Positions 46,886 through 58,562 of a stretch of 64,000 bases of DNA are shown one piece after another (the stretch's first letter is position 1; each line of letters starts with the position of its first letter). The notes beneath the pieces are model-generated. The model saw nothing but the letters and a program-made list of their open reading frames with translations, did no database searches and was not told the DNA's origin. Source of the stretch: Entomortierella parvispora E1425 (Eukaryota > Fungi > Mortierellomycota); contig BQFW01000008.1 of NCBI GenBank assembly GCA_020891255.1, positions 558,001 through 622,000 on the forward strand. The letters run 5' to 3'. The position numbers and the translations under genes were made by a program.

Positions 46886-48334
46886 ATGGCGCCACCACAC
46901 CTGTCTCTGGCAGAAGAGGCCCTCCGGGAAGATCGGGCGCCTGGTAGTCTTCTCCGTTTGAACGCCATCTACATACACGCCATACCTGACAAGTGGAGAG
47001 CTGTGGCCCTGAATACCTTCAGCGAGTTTGGCCCCGTCCAACTGAGGCATCTTCAGGGCAGCCTCCTGTCCGCGGGGAAATCGTTTGTTGAGTTGGATGC
47101 AAGGTTGCTCTGGTGCTGTGGTCGCACAGGCCACATTCTTCATACAGAAGCATCGTCCTGGAATCCAGCCTCAGAGGAACAATCGTCATTAGACTCGCCG
47201 CCGTTCACTCTTCACATCAGGGCACTCTCGGATAACTGGCACAATCTGGAGCCATTGCCTTGTCCAGGGCTCGGACTCTCTGGCCGAGGAGGCCTCGAAT
47301 TTCGTGTTACAGAGTCATTGTCGAAGGCCGAGGCGAAGGCACAGTTTCCTTTTGACTCGAGCGAGGGCGACGTCAGTTGTTGGATCGAGATCAGGTCTAA
47401 ATCACTGCCCAACATACATCCTTTGGTTCTTCCCATCCAGCTGCCGACCACCATGCCAACGGCGGCAAGTGACGGCGACATCCGTATCATGAGGCCAATT
47501 CTGCTTCCGAAATGGGATTTGGACCCCACACACACCTGCCGATTGATATTACTTGAAGAGAATCAAAATAACGTCCCTCAAGGCCGTATTTGGGATTCAG
47601 CCTTGGAGCTGGCAAAGTTTTTCTCCACTCTTGTGTCTACGGGGATTCAGGAGGGCCAACCTCCGCTTTTGGCTCGGAAAAACACTCTGGATCTAAGTGC
47701 CGGCACTGGACTTTTGGGGCTCTATCTAGCGGGGTTGGCACAGTTGGAGCTTTTGGCAGAAGGAGAATCCACAAGATCAAGGCTGATCAGGACACAATCC
47801 GATTCCTCAACATCATCTAGTTCTTCCCCACTGACTACTTTGCCTGTCTCTCTTCCGTGCTCTCTCGCCTCGACCTCATCCATGTCCTTAATCAGAGATG
47901 ACAGGTCGTCCAGCCCAGAAGTTGACTCTACGACAGTCATCCTCACAGATGTAAAGGATGCCCTGACTCTGATCAACACCAATGTTCAAGCCAACCAACG
48001 CCGTGTCGCGCCAGACATTACAATAGAGACTAAGGACCTCCGATGGAGCAAGATTAATGTCAGACAGCTAAGCCTCGAGCCGTTGGACACGGTGGTGGCC
48101 TCGGATGTGATTTACGAGCCTGAGCATTTCAATTCACTCCTTGAGACACTGGTTGAGATATGCACTCCGGGGAGAACCCAAGTCTATGTCGGATACAAGC
48201 CCCGTGGCCTGGATCAAGAAGTCGAGGCACGGTTCTTTCGGCGACTGTTTGGACCGGGTGGTGAGTTCACGGTGACAAAACAGTTTCAACTTGAGTATGA
48301 CGTTCGTGTTTTCTGTTTGAGGCGTCCAGAATAA
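46886..48334 (+). CDS. METTL21/Efm-type (family 16) protein-lysine methyltransferase, 482 aa, intronless
   Basis: Motifs GRIWDSALELAKF, LDLSAGTGLLGL, VILTD, DLRW, VVASDVIY, YKPR. Confidence 0.85.
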   Translation: MAPPHLSLAEEALREDRAPGSLLRLNAIYIHAIPDKWRAVALNTFSEFGPVQLRHLQGSLLSAGKSFVELDARLLWCCGRTGHILHTEASSWNPASEEQSSLDSPPFTLHIRALSDNWHNLEPLPCPGLGLSGRGGLEFRVTESLSKAEAKAQFPFDSSEGDVSCWIEIRSKSLPNIHPLVLPIQLPTTMPTAASDGDIRIMRPILLPKWDLDPTHTCRLILLEENQNNVPQGRIWDSALELAKFFSTLVSTGIQEGQPPLLARKNTLDLSAGTGLLGLYLAGLAQLELLAEGESTRSRLIRTQSDSSTSSSSSPLTTLPVSLPCSLASTSSMSLIRDDRSSSPEVDSTTVILTDVKDALTLINTNVQANQRRVAPDITIETKDLRWSKINVRQLSLEPLDTVVASDVIYEPEHFNSLLETLVEICTPGRTQVYVGYKPRGLDQEVEARFFRRLFGPGGEFTVTKQFQLEYDVRVFCLRRPE

Positions 48335-48765
48335 AAAAAAAAAAAAAAAAGGGAAGAAAAAAGCCATAGGTGTCATTTTGTGAATGCATTGATTGCTCTG
48401 GGGGTGCACAACACAGGAGCAGGGCGTGAGTTGAAATTAGAATCATTTCGAACGCGCACCCTTTTTTCCGTTCCTGTGGTACTTCTGCGCTGTTTATTGT
48501 GTGGGCAACAAGGAGAGAGGACATTCCCATCTGTTCCTCCAGTTCCTCCATGCTTCTCTTGCCTCGGGGAGAATAGAATCTCTTGAGCTGGCAAGGCTTC
48601 ACCTTTGTCTTGAGTGCAGCTCTTTTTTCCCTTTCTCATCCTCTCTCTCAACTGTCTTTTTTTACCTTTTCTTCTTTATCTTCTCTCCTTCAGATCTGTA
48701 TTGTCCTTTCCCCTCTTTATTCTTTTAACGACCAAGAAAACCGAGTCTCCGAAAAAACTATCATA

Positions 48766-50814
48766 ATGGGGCGCCGACCACTACTCCACGCGTTCTTCCA
48801 TTCGATGGCCTCTCTAGGCTATATTCCTTTTGCGCTCTCGTCCGTCCTCCTCTCGTCTTCCACGCCTTTCATCTCTATTCCTCCAGTAGGGATCATTCTT
48901 TTGGCCTTTGTACCACCATTGACCATGTTCCCTCTCCTCTGCTTTTCCTACCGGTTTCTGGAGGAGCGCTTGTCGTTTGTGTCTTTGACGGTACAAAGAG
49001 CCAGGACATACATCATGTTGGCAGGGACAGGGCTCTGCCTTCTGGTTGGAGTGCATTTGATGGTGGCCCATCTCTTGTCCAATCCTCATAACAGCGACTA
49101 CCATAGGATGATGCTACATGCCCCACCTGCCACCTGGAAGACAGGGCCTGGTAGCAGCACCGGTAGCAGCAATGTTATTTTCCAAAGTGGATCACTTCTC
49201 CAGGCTGGAGATGTTCCCGCTGCGGTGATCCAGGGGGATGAAAAGCCATTGGCAGCAGCACTGGCGACCGAGCAACCCCAGCAACCCCAACCGCAACAGG
49301 AATCCAGCCCAAAGGTTCCAGTTCAGCCAGTTCAGCCAGTTCAGCCAGCTCCACCAGCTCAGCCAGCTCCTCCAGTTCAACCAGTCCAGCCAAGTTCCGG
49401 AACCCCAGCTGCACCAGAAGAACCCTCTCCTTCATCACCGAATCCTGCGACACCCATCGCATTCACGTTACCAGACTTTTTAAAAGAAACTGTTAACAAG
49501 GCAGGAACATGGCCTGAGGCGTTTCTGTCGTCGATTCTTGTAACGGTGCCCGCAGAATACAAGGAGCTCGAAAAAGAACAAGAAAAGGCTCTTGGAAAGA
49601 CCCATGATGAGTTGCGACAACAGCAGCTGAACCAGCAGCAACAGCAAGAGTTCTGGAAGCAGCAATTGGAGGCCCATGCGTCTATCCGAGAAAAGCAACG
49701 AATGCAGTGGTTGGAGGAACAGCGCGAACATATTCAGGAGGATATGATGCGCGCCATGGCCGCATCGGGTGTTGGACCCATGCCAGGTGCGGTCCCACCA
49801 CCATCGCCACCTGTTGCTGTACTGAATGGACCTTTGTTGATCAAGCGCGACGAAGTCGAGCATCCCGTCTCAGCCGAGGGCGTTCCTGCCCCAGCACCCT
49901 TGGACAAGTCCCGATTCAACAGCTTGATCCCTAACCATATCTTGAACCCCAACCAGGAAGCCCACCTGAACGAAGACACTCTGCAGCCCCAAAATGCCGA
50001 CGATCTCTCAAAGGGTGTTTTCCCTCCACAGGAACGCGACTTGAATGCTTCCCCAGATCAAACGCAACAGCAAACGGCCTTGTCCGTCGGCGAGATTATT
50101 CCCTCGTCATCTTCCGCACCAGAGTCCACAATTCAGGACACCCCGTCGACCGAGTCTGTCCCGGCTAAAGTCATTGAGGGTGCAGTCGAGCAGACCGTTT
50201 CATCCCCTCCTCCTGCCCCGTCCACACCTGCCGCTGATTCTGAAAAGACAGAACAACCAAACAGCAGCGACAATAGCGGCGACGCGATCTCAGCACCTGG
50301 ACTTCCAAAGTTTGTTGATCCAGTCTCCATCGTCCTTAACAACCTTCAAGAAGTACCCCCAACACCCCCTCAACCTGACGAGGCTATCCTCTTCCGCAAG
50401 TTGATCTCTTCTTCCTCTCCTCCCTCAGACCCTTCCTCCCCTTCCACGTCTTCTACCGTCATTGTGCCAGGTTTCAACCTCGCGGGCATGTACTGGACCC
50501 TTTTTATCGCGTCCCAAGCCTTCCTTATTTTCTTGCTTGTGACCCTCTTCCTCGGCGTCCTGATCCTCACTGAATTTGTCCTTGACCGTGAAGATGAAGA
50601 CTATGCTCAATTGAAGTACCTGTATTGGGGTCGCGTCTTTGGCATCGCGGTCGCGACCATTGTCAGCGCCATCCATGGTTCGTTGGTGAGCGGCTATGTC
50701 ATTATCGACGGTCATTCAGATTGGATCGCAAAGGCCGCTGTTGGGTCCATTTGTATCTATTGGGTGAGCATGACCTGGGTCATGAACAGGATTACAGGTC
50801 CTTTACCTTACTAA
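48766..50814 (+). CDS. Uncharacterised multi-pass membrane protein, 682 aa, with a long P/Q/E-rich central loop
   Basis: Single long ORF with about 3 hydrophobic segments at each end. ATG at 48766 follows a pyrimidine-rich leader. No family recognised. Confidence 0.75.
   Translation: MGRRPLLHAFFHSMASLGYIPFALSSVLLSSSTPFISIPPVGIILLAFVPPLTMFPLLCFSYRFLEERLSFVSLTVQRARTYIMLAGTGLCLLVGVHLMVAHLLSNPHNSDYHRMMLHAPPATWKTGPGSSTGSSNVIFQSGSLLQAGDVPAAVIQGDEKPLAAALATEQPQQPQPQQESSPKVPVQPVQPVQPAPPAQPAPPVQPVQPSSGTPAAPEEPSPSSPNPATPIAFTLPDFLKETVNKAGTWPEAFLSSILVTVPAEYKELEKEQEKALGKTHDELRQQQLNQQQQQEFWKQQLEAHASIREKQRMQWLEEQREHIQEDMMRAMAASGVGPMPGAVPPPSPPVAVLNGPLLIKRDEVEHPVSAEGVPAPAPLDKSRFNSLIPNHILNPNQEAHLNEDTLQPQNADDLSKGVFPPQERDLNASPDQTQQQTALSVGEIIPSSSSAPESTIQDTPSTESVPAKVIEGAVEQTVSSPPPAPSTPAADSEKTEQPNSSDNSGDAISAPGLPKFVDPVSIVLNNLQEVPPTPPQPDEAILFRKLISSSSPPSDPSSPSTSSTVIVPGFNLAGMYWTLFIASQAFLIFLLVTLFLGVLILTEFVLDREDEDYAQLKYLYWGRVFGIAVATIVSAIHGSLVSGYVIIDGHSDWIAKAAVGSICIYWVSMTWVMNRITGPLPY
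49318..49389 (+). repeat. 8 x 9-bp coding minisatellite (CCAGTTCAG; PVQ/PAP/PAQ)
   Basis: Read directly. Confidence 0.85.
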
Positions 50815-50948
50815 GAAAAAAAAAAAACAGTCAAAAAAAACCAGCAAAAATATAATAAGCATATCATTGAACCACCTCAGAAAGTCTTCATGTCGATAAT
50901 GAGAAGGGAGGATTTCTTTTTATTGTTCATAGCAGAAAGGGAGAGGGA

Positions 50949-53208
50949 TTAGAAAAGAGCATCTCCTCCATCCGATCCGAAATGACTCAGGTATTTTACG
51001 ACAATCTCGCCTCCTGCAACCACCACGGCAATCACAATGAGAATGATAATAATCCAGGTGATGTAGTTCATGTTGTTGGAAGCAAGGTCATCTCGAAGCA
51101 TCGTCAACAAATCAGAAATCACCAAACAACGATCGCTCAGCACCTTAGCACGCTGTCCGATCTCAAGGTATCCTCGAATGGCATCATACAATGGCTGGAG
51201 CTCAGGCTCTGACCAGAAAATCTCAGGCGAGTCTATTTGGAGAGAAATGAGAGAGAAAACGGCTTTGTTAGAGAAAAGGAGGAGGGATGCTGGCAGTTAT
51301 TGAATGATTTTTCATGGTTGGTACGTACCGAGGACATTAGACACCAAATCGACATTCATACGGAGCTGGAACAAATGACCAGAAATCCTGGTGATCTGAG
51401 GTCGAGAGTAGTTGAGCTTTCCAGTCTGCGCCAGACGGATGGGAATAATCTTGGTGTCATCAATGGTGTCGTCCATTTGACACTCATACAACGCCAGCTT
51501 GACCGATTGCGAGATGGCGTGAGATATCGTCAACTTGATCATATGGTTTCCTCCACGCAACGTGATCCTAGGAAGGGGCGATATCGTTAGGAGCTGAGAA
51601 TACAAGTACAATAATATGTTTCTACGTTGGATCATCCTTACATGTCGTTATAAATTCTTGGCGTGGAGTATCCAGCATATTCGAAATGGAACTCCTCGGT
51701 CTGCACATCGTCTGGCATCAATCTCTTGATTTCAAACTGAGAGAGATCGTCCAAGATCCATGCCTCCTGCTCTACAGTCATATTCCAGAATACGGTGACT
51801 CCGTAGTCGAAGAAGAAAACCTCACCGCCCATGAAAGGTGGGGCAATAGGTGTGGGTGTCATCAGTGTATCCGTGCTATCGGCGTTTTCTTCTGATGGGT
51901 CCTTGAGCGCAGTAGACTGACCCTGAGCCACATCCTCGAAATAGTCATGTGGTTCATGAGTGGAGCTTGAAACCGGCATCTGATCTACATCAACATCGTG
52001 GCTCGACATGGCCAAACCAGTATCGTCGTCCTCCACGTGTCTGCTGGAACGACTACTGGCTCGTCGACGGCTCTTTAGTTTTTTGCTGGTAGTACTGTTC
52101 CGCCCAATGCTATTTCTTCCAGAGCCAATAATATCTTCTTGCTCTTGCAGATGCTGATGATACTCTTCGTTCGCAATATCATGTCCACTGGCGGATCGTC
52201 TAAATCGCTCCTCGTTATCTTCACGCTCCAGAGAGCGAGAGTAATCTTCTGCTGTGTTATCCTCGTACTGTTCCAGTTGCTTGTCCAGAATTGATCCGCC
52301 TCCTGGTGATCGGATTGGTGGAGCAGACATCAATTTACTGGTCTTTCCAGGGATCAAAGGAAAGTGGTAGGCGGCGTAAAGAGCCTCATCGTACAGTCTG
52401 GGATGAACTCCGTGGTTTGCCTTCAGATATGCCGACAGTCGCTTTTGATCGTAGCCTTCCGCGGTACAGTACGCAACAACTCTAGAGGAGTGACAAGAGT
52501 CCGTTAGCGTGACATTCTACCCTCGCTGCTTTTAATTTTGAGAAATGTAGGGCCAACTGTGCATGTGCATCGTTGGAATTGTCCTCCCCCCCCCTTGGAC
52601 TTGTCGTGCGATTTGCATTTTTTTAATGGGAAGGTAACATACCTGGCCAATCCTTTGGCATTTCTCTGTTCCTTGGTCAGCAGTTCTGAGTGAGTTGGTG
52701 CGCGTCCATGAAGACCTCTCCTTCTAGGTCTGTATTCAATATCATCTCTGAAGGGATCCATGTGCTGATCTGAATAGATTCCTTCTTCCATATCGTCGTC
52801 TTCATCCTCCTCTTCCTGATCTTCTGGCAGGAGAACTAGCTTCTGAGAAACTTTGGTCGTACGGAGAGGGACCTGTTTCTGCTTGGGAGTACCAGGGCCA
52901 GGGCTATTGAATCCAGCTTGGTAAGCAGTGGCGTTGACGCCAGAGGTATTGATGCGCATGGGTCCATTGATCGCGCCATAGGGCGTGCTTCCTGGAGCGC
53001 CTCCACTAGCGGGGTGGAACGCACGTCTGGAGCGCGAGGTCTCTGGAAAGAGCTGGCGAGGGTTTGGCAAGGGACTAGAGGAGATGAACTGGATATGGTT
53101 CTGGTGCTGGTAGTGACTGGGGACTGCCGACTGGTGCTGGCGCTGCTGCTGCTGTCTCCGCTGGAAGAGCGGCGAGCGCGCGTTGGGCTGTTGAGGCAGC
53201 TGAGCCAT
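50949..53208 (-). CDS. RMD1/RMD8/Sif2-family (DUF155) protein, 642 aa
   Basis: Exons 53208-52643, 52481-51642, 51567-51329, 51232-50949. Motifs RVVAYCTAEGY, EVFFFDYGVTVFW, ISHAISQSVKL, LDSPEIFW, YLEIGQRAKVL, and a C-terminal TM segment. Confidence 0.92.
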
Positions 53209-54068
53209 CGTGTTTGGAGTCTGAGCGAAGAATTGATGGCTAGTCCGGAACTAGGCGATGGACAGATTGAATGGAAAGAGAGAGAGGGACAAGGAGGATT
53301 GGATGCAAAGGACAATGTGCAAGAAAAGAAGAAAGAAAGAAAGAAATAAAAAAAATGACGTCTTTGTGCCACTCTGGGCGTGGATTCTCCTCTTCTGCCT
53401 GGATCGTGCTCCCATGCTTTCTTTTCTTTCTTTTCTTCTTTCCTTGCCCTTCTGGCGGAGACAAAAGTGGTGCGGTGCAGGACAAGGGCCAAGCCACCCT
53501 CCGAGTCACGTGCATTTGTTCATATCACGTGAGAGGTCTTGGCTGTCACAGTGCAATCGCGAGCCATGTCGCCCCACAGGCGGTCGGTTCGCACATTCCC
53601 CTCGGTTGAGAGCGGTGCGGCTGCCGAAAAGAAGAGCGTCCCCTCCACATTTCTTTTCCCGCGTTCTTTTCTCCATGGCTTGGCTATCGTGGAGAGCGAG
53701 TGGAAGAAGAGGCGCTTCAACGGTGAGCGAGCCGAAAACTAGGGTGCTCTAATGGATCGGACCACGAGAGCGCCAACCTTCGTTCGATCCGTTCAACCTG
53801 ATCCGGTGCAACGTGGCTCCCAAGCCAAGCTCGGCTGGATGGCAATTGACATATGGCAGCACGCAGCTAAACGCAAAGGCCAGCTCTCAAAGTGATCAAA
53901 TATAAAGACGCACCTTGTTTCTTGCTCCCGCCCTGTTTTATTTTCGTTACACTCTTCTGATCAACCCATTTGCCCAAGGTCATTCGCTCTCTCCTCTCCA
54001 CTTCTATATCTCTTATACCCCTTCCTTTACACAATCGACATTCGACAGGCACGCATTTACATTCGAAC

Positions 54069-55966
54069 ATGAGTACATCCATTGTTTCTACAATCGTCCA
54101 CATCCTCAAGAACAGGATTCAGCAGGGTGCAAGGAGCCGAACTCAAAAGGCTGGACTCTTTGCTTTGATTTCTTTTCTCTTCCTCCTTGCCAAGTACCCC
54201 AATCGAGCAATTGGCACGCGCCCCAGACCGGATCTGGATGGTATCACATGGAAGGGTATGCCTTTGATCGGAAACACCTACGCGTTGATCAAGAACCGCA
54301 ACCGTTTCTTGGAGTCCATCGTCGAGAACTTTGAGAAGGTGGACAGAGATATCATGTAGGTTGATGCACGGACTAGGGAAAGATTAACGTCTGAAGAAAA
54401 GGATCAAGTTTCGCTCACAACTGTTTGATTGACCCCTGCATCAACAGGTCGACCACCATGCTTGGTCTCGGAAGAATCATTGCCATCAACGACCCCGTCT
54501 TGCTGGAGCACATTTTGAAGACCAACTTTGAAAACTACGAGAAGGGTTATATTCTGAACTCGATCCTTTCCCAGATTCTCGGAAATGGTAGGTGCTTTGA
54601 AGTAGATTATGTCATTTTTTTAGTAGCAGAGGCAGGAGCAAAGTTTGACGAACGTCTTTATGGTTAGGTATCTTCAATTCGGATGGAGCGCTCTGGAAGA
54701 TGCATCGCAAGACAGCCTCGCACGTGTTCTCGACAAAGATCTATCGCGCTCTCATTGATGGCGCTTTCACCACACATTCCACGCAGTTGTGCGCAGTTCT
54801 TGATAGGGCAGCCAAGGAGGGACGCCCTGTAGATCTTCAGGCCCTCTTCCTCCGACTCACCCTGGACGCATTCGCGAAGCTGTCTTTCGGACTCGAGATC
54901 GATTCCTTGGGCAAGGATGGCAAGGACCCCTTCGGATCAGCTTTCGACTATGCTGTCGTGGAGACGGATGAACGCTTCATGAACCCCTTGTGGAGAGTAA
55001 CAGAGCATCTGAGCAGTAAGGCCGACAAGATGAAGAGCGCCGTCAAGGTCGTGGACAAATACGCTTATGAGGCCATTCAGGCTCGTCGTAAGGAAACCCC
55101 TGAAGAAGCCAAGGAACGTCAAGGAGCTGGAGCTCGTGAGGATCTTTTGGACTTGTTCATGAAGTGGCGTGACGAGGATGGTCGTGCGCTCAATGATACT
55201 GAGTTGCGAGATGTCTTTATCAACTTTATCATGTAAGTGAAGCATCCATCAAGTGAATCTGAATCAGCGGCCCTACCAAGATATTTATTGTTCTAACGAC
55301 TCGTCGACCCCATTTCATTTTAGTGCTGGTCGTGACACCACCGCACAGGCCCTGAGCTGGATGTACTACGAAGTCATGAAGTGTCCTGCAGTGGAAAAGA
55401 ACATTTGGCGGGAAGTGGACCAGCTTGGAAAGCCCACGTACGAGATGTTGACCAAGGACATGCGCTACTCAACTGCTGTGTTCATGGAGGCTCTTCGACT
55501 CTACCCACCAGTCCCCCGCAACTTGAAGACCGCTGTCGCAGATGATGTGCTTCCCAACGGAACCCAGGTCAAGGCTGGTGACCGTATTATGTTCTCCACC
55601 TATGCCATTGGTAGAAACAAGGCTGTCTGGGGACCACAGGCGCCCGAGTTCTTGCCCGAGCGTTGGTTCGAGGGTAACAACATTGAGATCGAAAAGGGTC
55701 TTTTGACCAACTCGACCCCCAGCAACGACCACGTCTGGGCCAAGGTCCGCAAGGAATCCCAGTACAAATTTTCAAGTTTCAATGCCGGTCCCCGTATCTG
55801 CTTGGGTCAAACCTTTGCAACTTTGGAGGCCTTGACTGTCATCAACATGATTTCCTCAAGATTCCAATTCAAGTTGGTTCCTGGTCAGGGTGCGCCAGAG
55901 CCTGTTCCTTCGTTGACGTTGCCCATGAAGAATCCTTTGATGGTGCATGTCATCCCTAGGAAGTAA
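54069..55966 (+). CDS. Cytochrome P450 (CYP86/CYP704/CYP52-like lipid hydroxylase type), 544 aa
   Basis: Exons 54069-54355, 54448-54587, 54668-55232, 55324-55966. Motifs AGRDTT, EALRLYP, PERW and heme motif FNAGPRICLG. Confidence 0.95.
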
Positions 55967-56157
55967 ACCTATTCTACCGAGCTGTCCATCCACCACACAC
56001 TACATACACATCTAACAACAAGTCATGAACGTATAATTATGTCTAGTTAGAGAAGGCAAGCTACAAATACCACAAGACATATACTGTAAAATAGAACCAT
56101 AGCCATAATGTATACAGGGACAGCTCATTGGGTTACATGGATTGGATTGAGAGGTTG

Positions 56158-56961
56158 TTAGATCTGGCTCGCAAACAGAGGGGTATAGCGGTTCTTTGTC
56201 TTTCCTAGGAGATCCTTGATTTCGTTTGGAGGGTTGAGATCCTAAAAGAGATTGAGTCGCAAAGGTAGTATCGATAGATTAGCAAAAGAGAAAGAGGAAT
56301 GGACGTGTGTCGAGGGGGTGCCTGCTGTTATTTTATTTTACCAGCAGAGCTGCACGTTCCCAGCGTTCCAGGCGCGTCAGCCCCAAGCATGGTCCATACT
56401 TGGATGTCAGATCAAACTGGCGAAGCAATAGCTCGTTCAGGTCCTCTTGGTGGGCTACTCAGTGTATAACAAAACAACGCGCACAATGGGACAAGGAGAA
56501 TAAGGAGAGAAAGCGGTCAGTTTGGTCCATTAGTAAACACAACAGTTCGAGGCAACAGGCATGATGCCACTACCCGAGGGTTTGAGGTCGATCTTTGTGG
56601 AAGAACCAAAGTCCTTGAAAGAAGATGACTTGTTCTTGACAAATCGATTCTTCAGACCGAAGAAGTTGTCTTCGTCGGAAAGCACCTCATTGAGGTCGAG
56701 ATCCTCTCCAAATCCATCGTCTTCACAGGCCGTGTCTGGGGCTGGATGTTTCCTGGAGATGGGGAGAGTTGTGGAGAGATTGCTCAAAGGTCTCCTGTCA
56801 ACATCGATTTGAACAATCGCCAGGGGCGATTTCTGGTAGGGGTTCTTGAGTGGGGTGGCACGTATAGATGTGGATGGTTTGGCTGGTTTGAAGAAGTCAG
56901 CGGCGGACACATTGACTGCGCCAGTGGCTGGGGAGGCGGCGACACTCTTCTTTGGCGGCAT
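56158..56961 (-). CDS. POLD4: DNA polymerase delta subunit 4 (p12/Cdm1), 194 aa
   Basis: Exons 56961-56574, 56454-56342, 56241-56158 (585 nt, in frame). Signature LLRQFDLTSKYGPCLGLTRLERWERAALL-DLNPP, which is absent from the ORF track. Confidence 0.88.
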
Positions 56962-58562
56962 GCTGGTCAGGACCAAGACAAGACGAGTGGAAGGGCTGTG
57001 GGAATGTGGGAAAGAGAGAGGAGAAAGGTGTCTCTCTCACACCTCACTCGTCCGTCGGTCGTCGCTCCTCTCATTTGACTCGTCCGCCACCATTTCTCGT
57101 CAGGAGCAGTGGCAGTCACTTTTTTTTTTTTGGGAGGGGTCCTTCTCATTTCATGTGCTTGGCGGATGCATGCATGTACCAAGAAAATCATTCCTCCATC
57201 TCATCCCAATTCACCTTCGTTCCCCCCTTGCATTAGAGGAATCTTGGCAGAAGCAGCATCAACGACAGCAGAGGTGGATCCTATTCCTCTGCAGTCAGCT
57301 TACTCTCGGCAGCAACAAGCTGGACAAGACATGCCAGGTAACGCAGCATGGCGAGTAAGGTTGGTGGCACTTCCACCCTCCGCTCGAACCCAAGCTTGGA
57401 TGAACTCACGGACCATTTCGCATTCCAGTGAATGGTCACACAAAGACCCAATTTCCGAACACCAGTATCGACACAGCTACCGGCATCTCGCAGGCTGCGT
57501 GGACGAGGGTGTTGTTCTCAGCTCCATACTGCACTTACTCCAGGCGCTGTTCTTTCTTCAGCGTAAAGAGACAGTCATCATCCCCTACGTCCTCCTCCGT
57601 GATGGCCACAATCACACCCTCAGACCTGTCCCTGACTTTACTCTCCTCACCTTCGTCCGCCTCGATGTGGCAGCTCAGCTCAGCTCAGCACTCCGCCGTT
57701 CTTTTTTTAATGTGGCCTGAACCGGACCCTTTCTTTCTTTTTTCTCTCTTTTCTTTATTTTCTCCACTTCTTTTCCTCACCCCTCACCGCTCACCCCTCA
57801 CTCGTTTTCTCGGTTCCTGATCTTGTATGCCCTCCTTGCAGCTAATTCCCCCCTGCACAACAGCATCACCTCCTTCTCCACATACATACACCTTCCAAAC
57901 CACCCCAGTAGAAGCTCAGTCGCTCGCTTTCTTAGTCGCTCATTCTCTACTTTAGCGCTTCTCCACCTCTACTTCATTCTCTCTGCTCCTCCAGCCCACT
58001 TCTTCCTAGACAGGTACACAAGGATATCCGCCTGATCTCTCTTCTTCTTCTTTTCCCCTGTCTTTCGAATCGCATCCAAGATCATGTCTACCCCTACCCC
58101 TCGCACGATCAGAGACAATTCGTCTTAACGGTCTTCACCGTCGAATCGTCCGTCTCACTCGCACATTCTTTTTTTTTTTAAAAAATTTCAAACACCGTCG
58201 CCACGTTGTTTATTGTTGTCCGTATCAGATCCCACAGACTTGAATGGCAAACGTTTCTTTTTTCAGGGGGTCATCGTCCCAAAGTCCACTCTTCCCCACC
58301 TTCGCCATCAACCTCCCCATAAAACACTACTCCCGACCCTTGACCCTGACCCTGACCCTTCACCTCTTTTTCTGATCACACTCTAGATCCAACCAAAGTA
58401 ATACCCACATCAATCAAACAACACCATCCCGACACTCAGAGCCCGGAGTAAAAAGAGATCAGCATCGATTGCCCTCGCTCTTCAAAGAGAAACACAAGAA
58501 AAACTCTGCTTTGGGCAACTGTATCGTTTCCGCCGGCTTTTCAAGCAGAAGCTGCGGTTGCG

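Noticed and set aside
54069-55966. P450 as part of a biosynthetic gene cluster
   Set aside because: The neighbours are housekeeping or signalling genes; there is no PKS, NRPS, terpene synthase or transporter in the window.
57109-57820. 203-aa and 130-aa ORFs between POLD4 and the 7TM-RGS gene
   Set aside because: No recognisable features; consistent with a divergent promoter and long 5' UTR.
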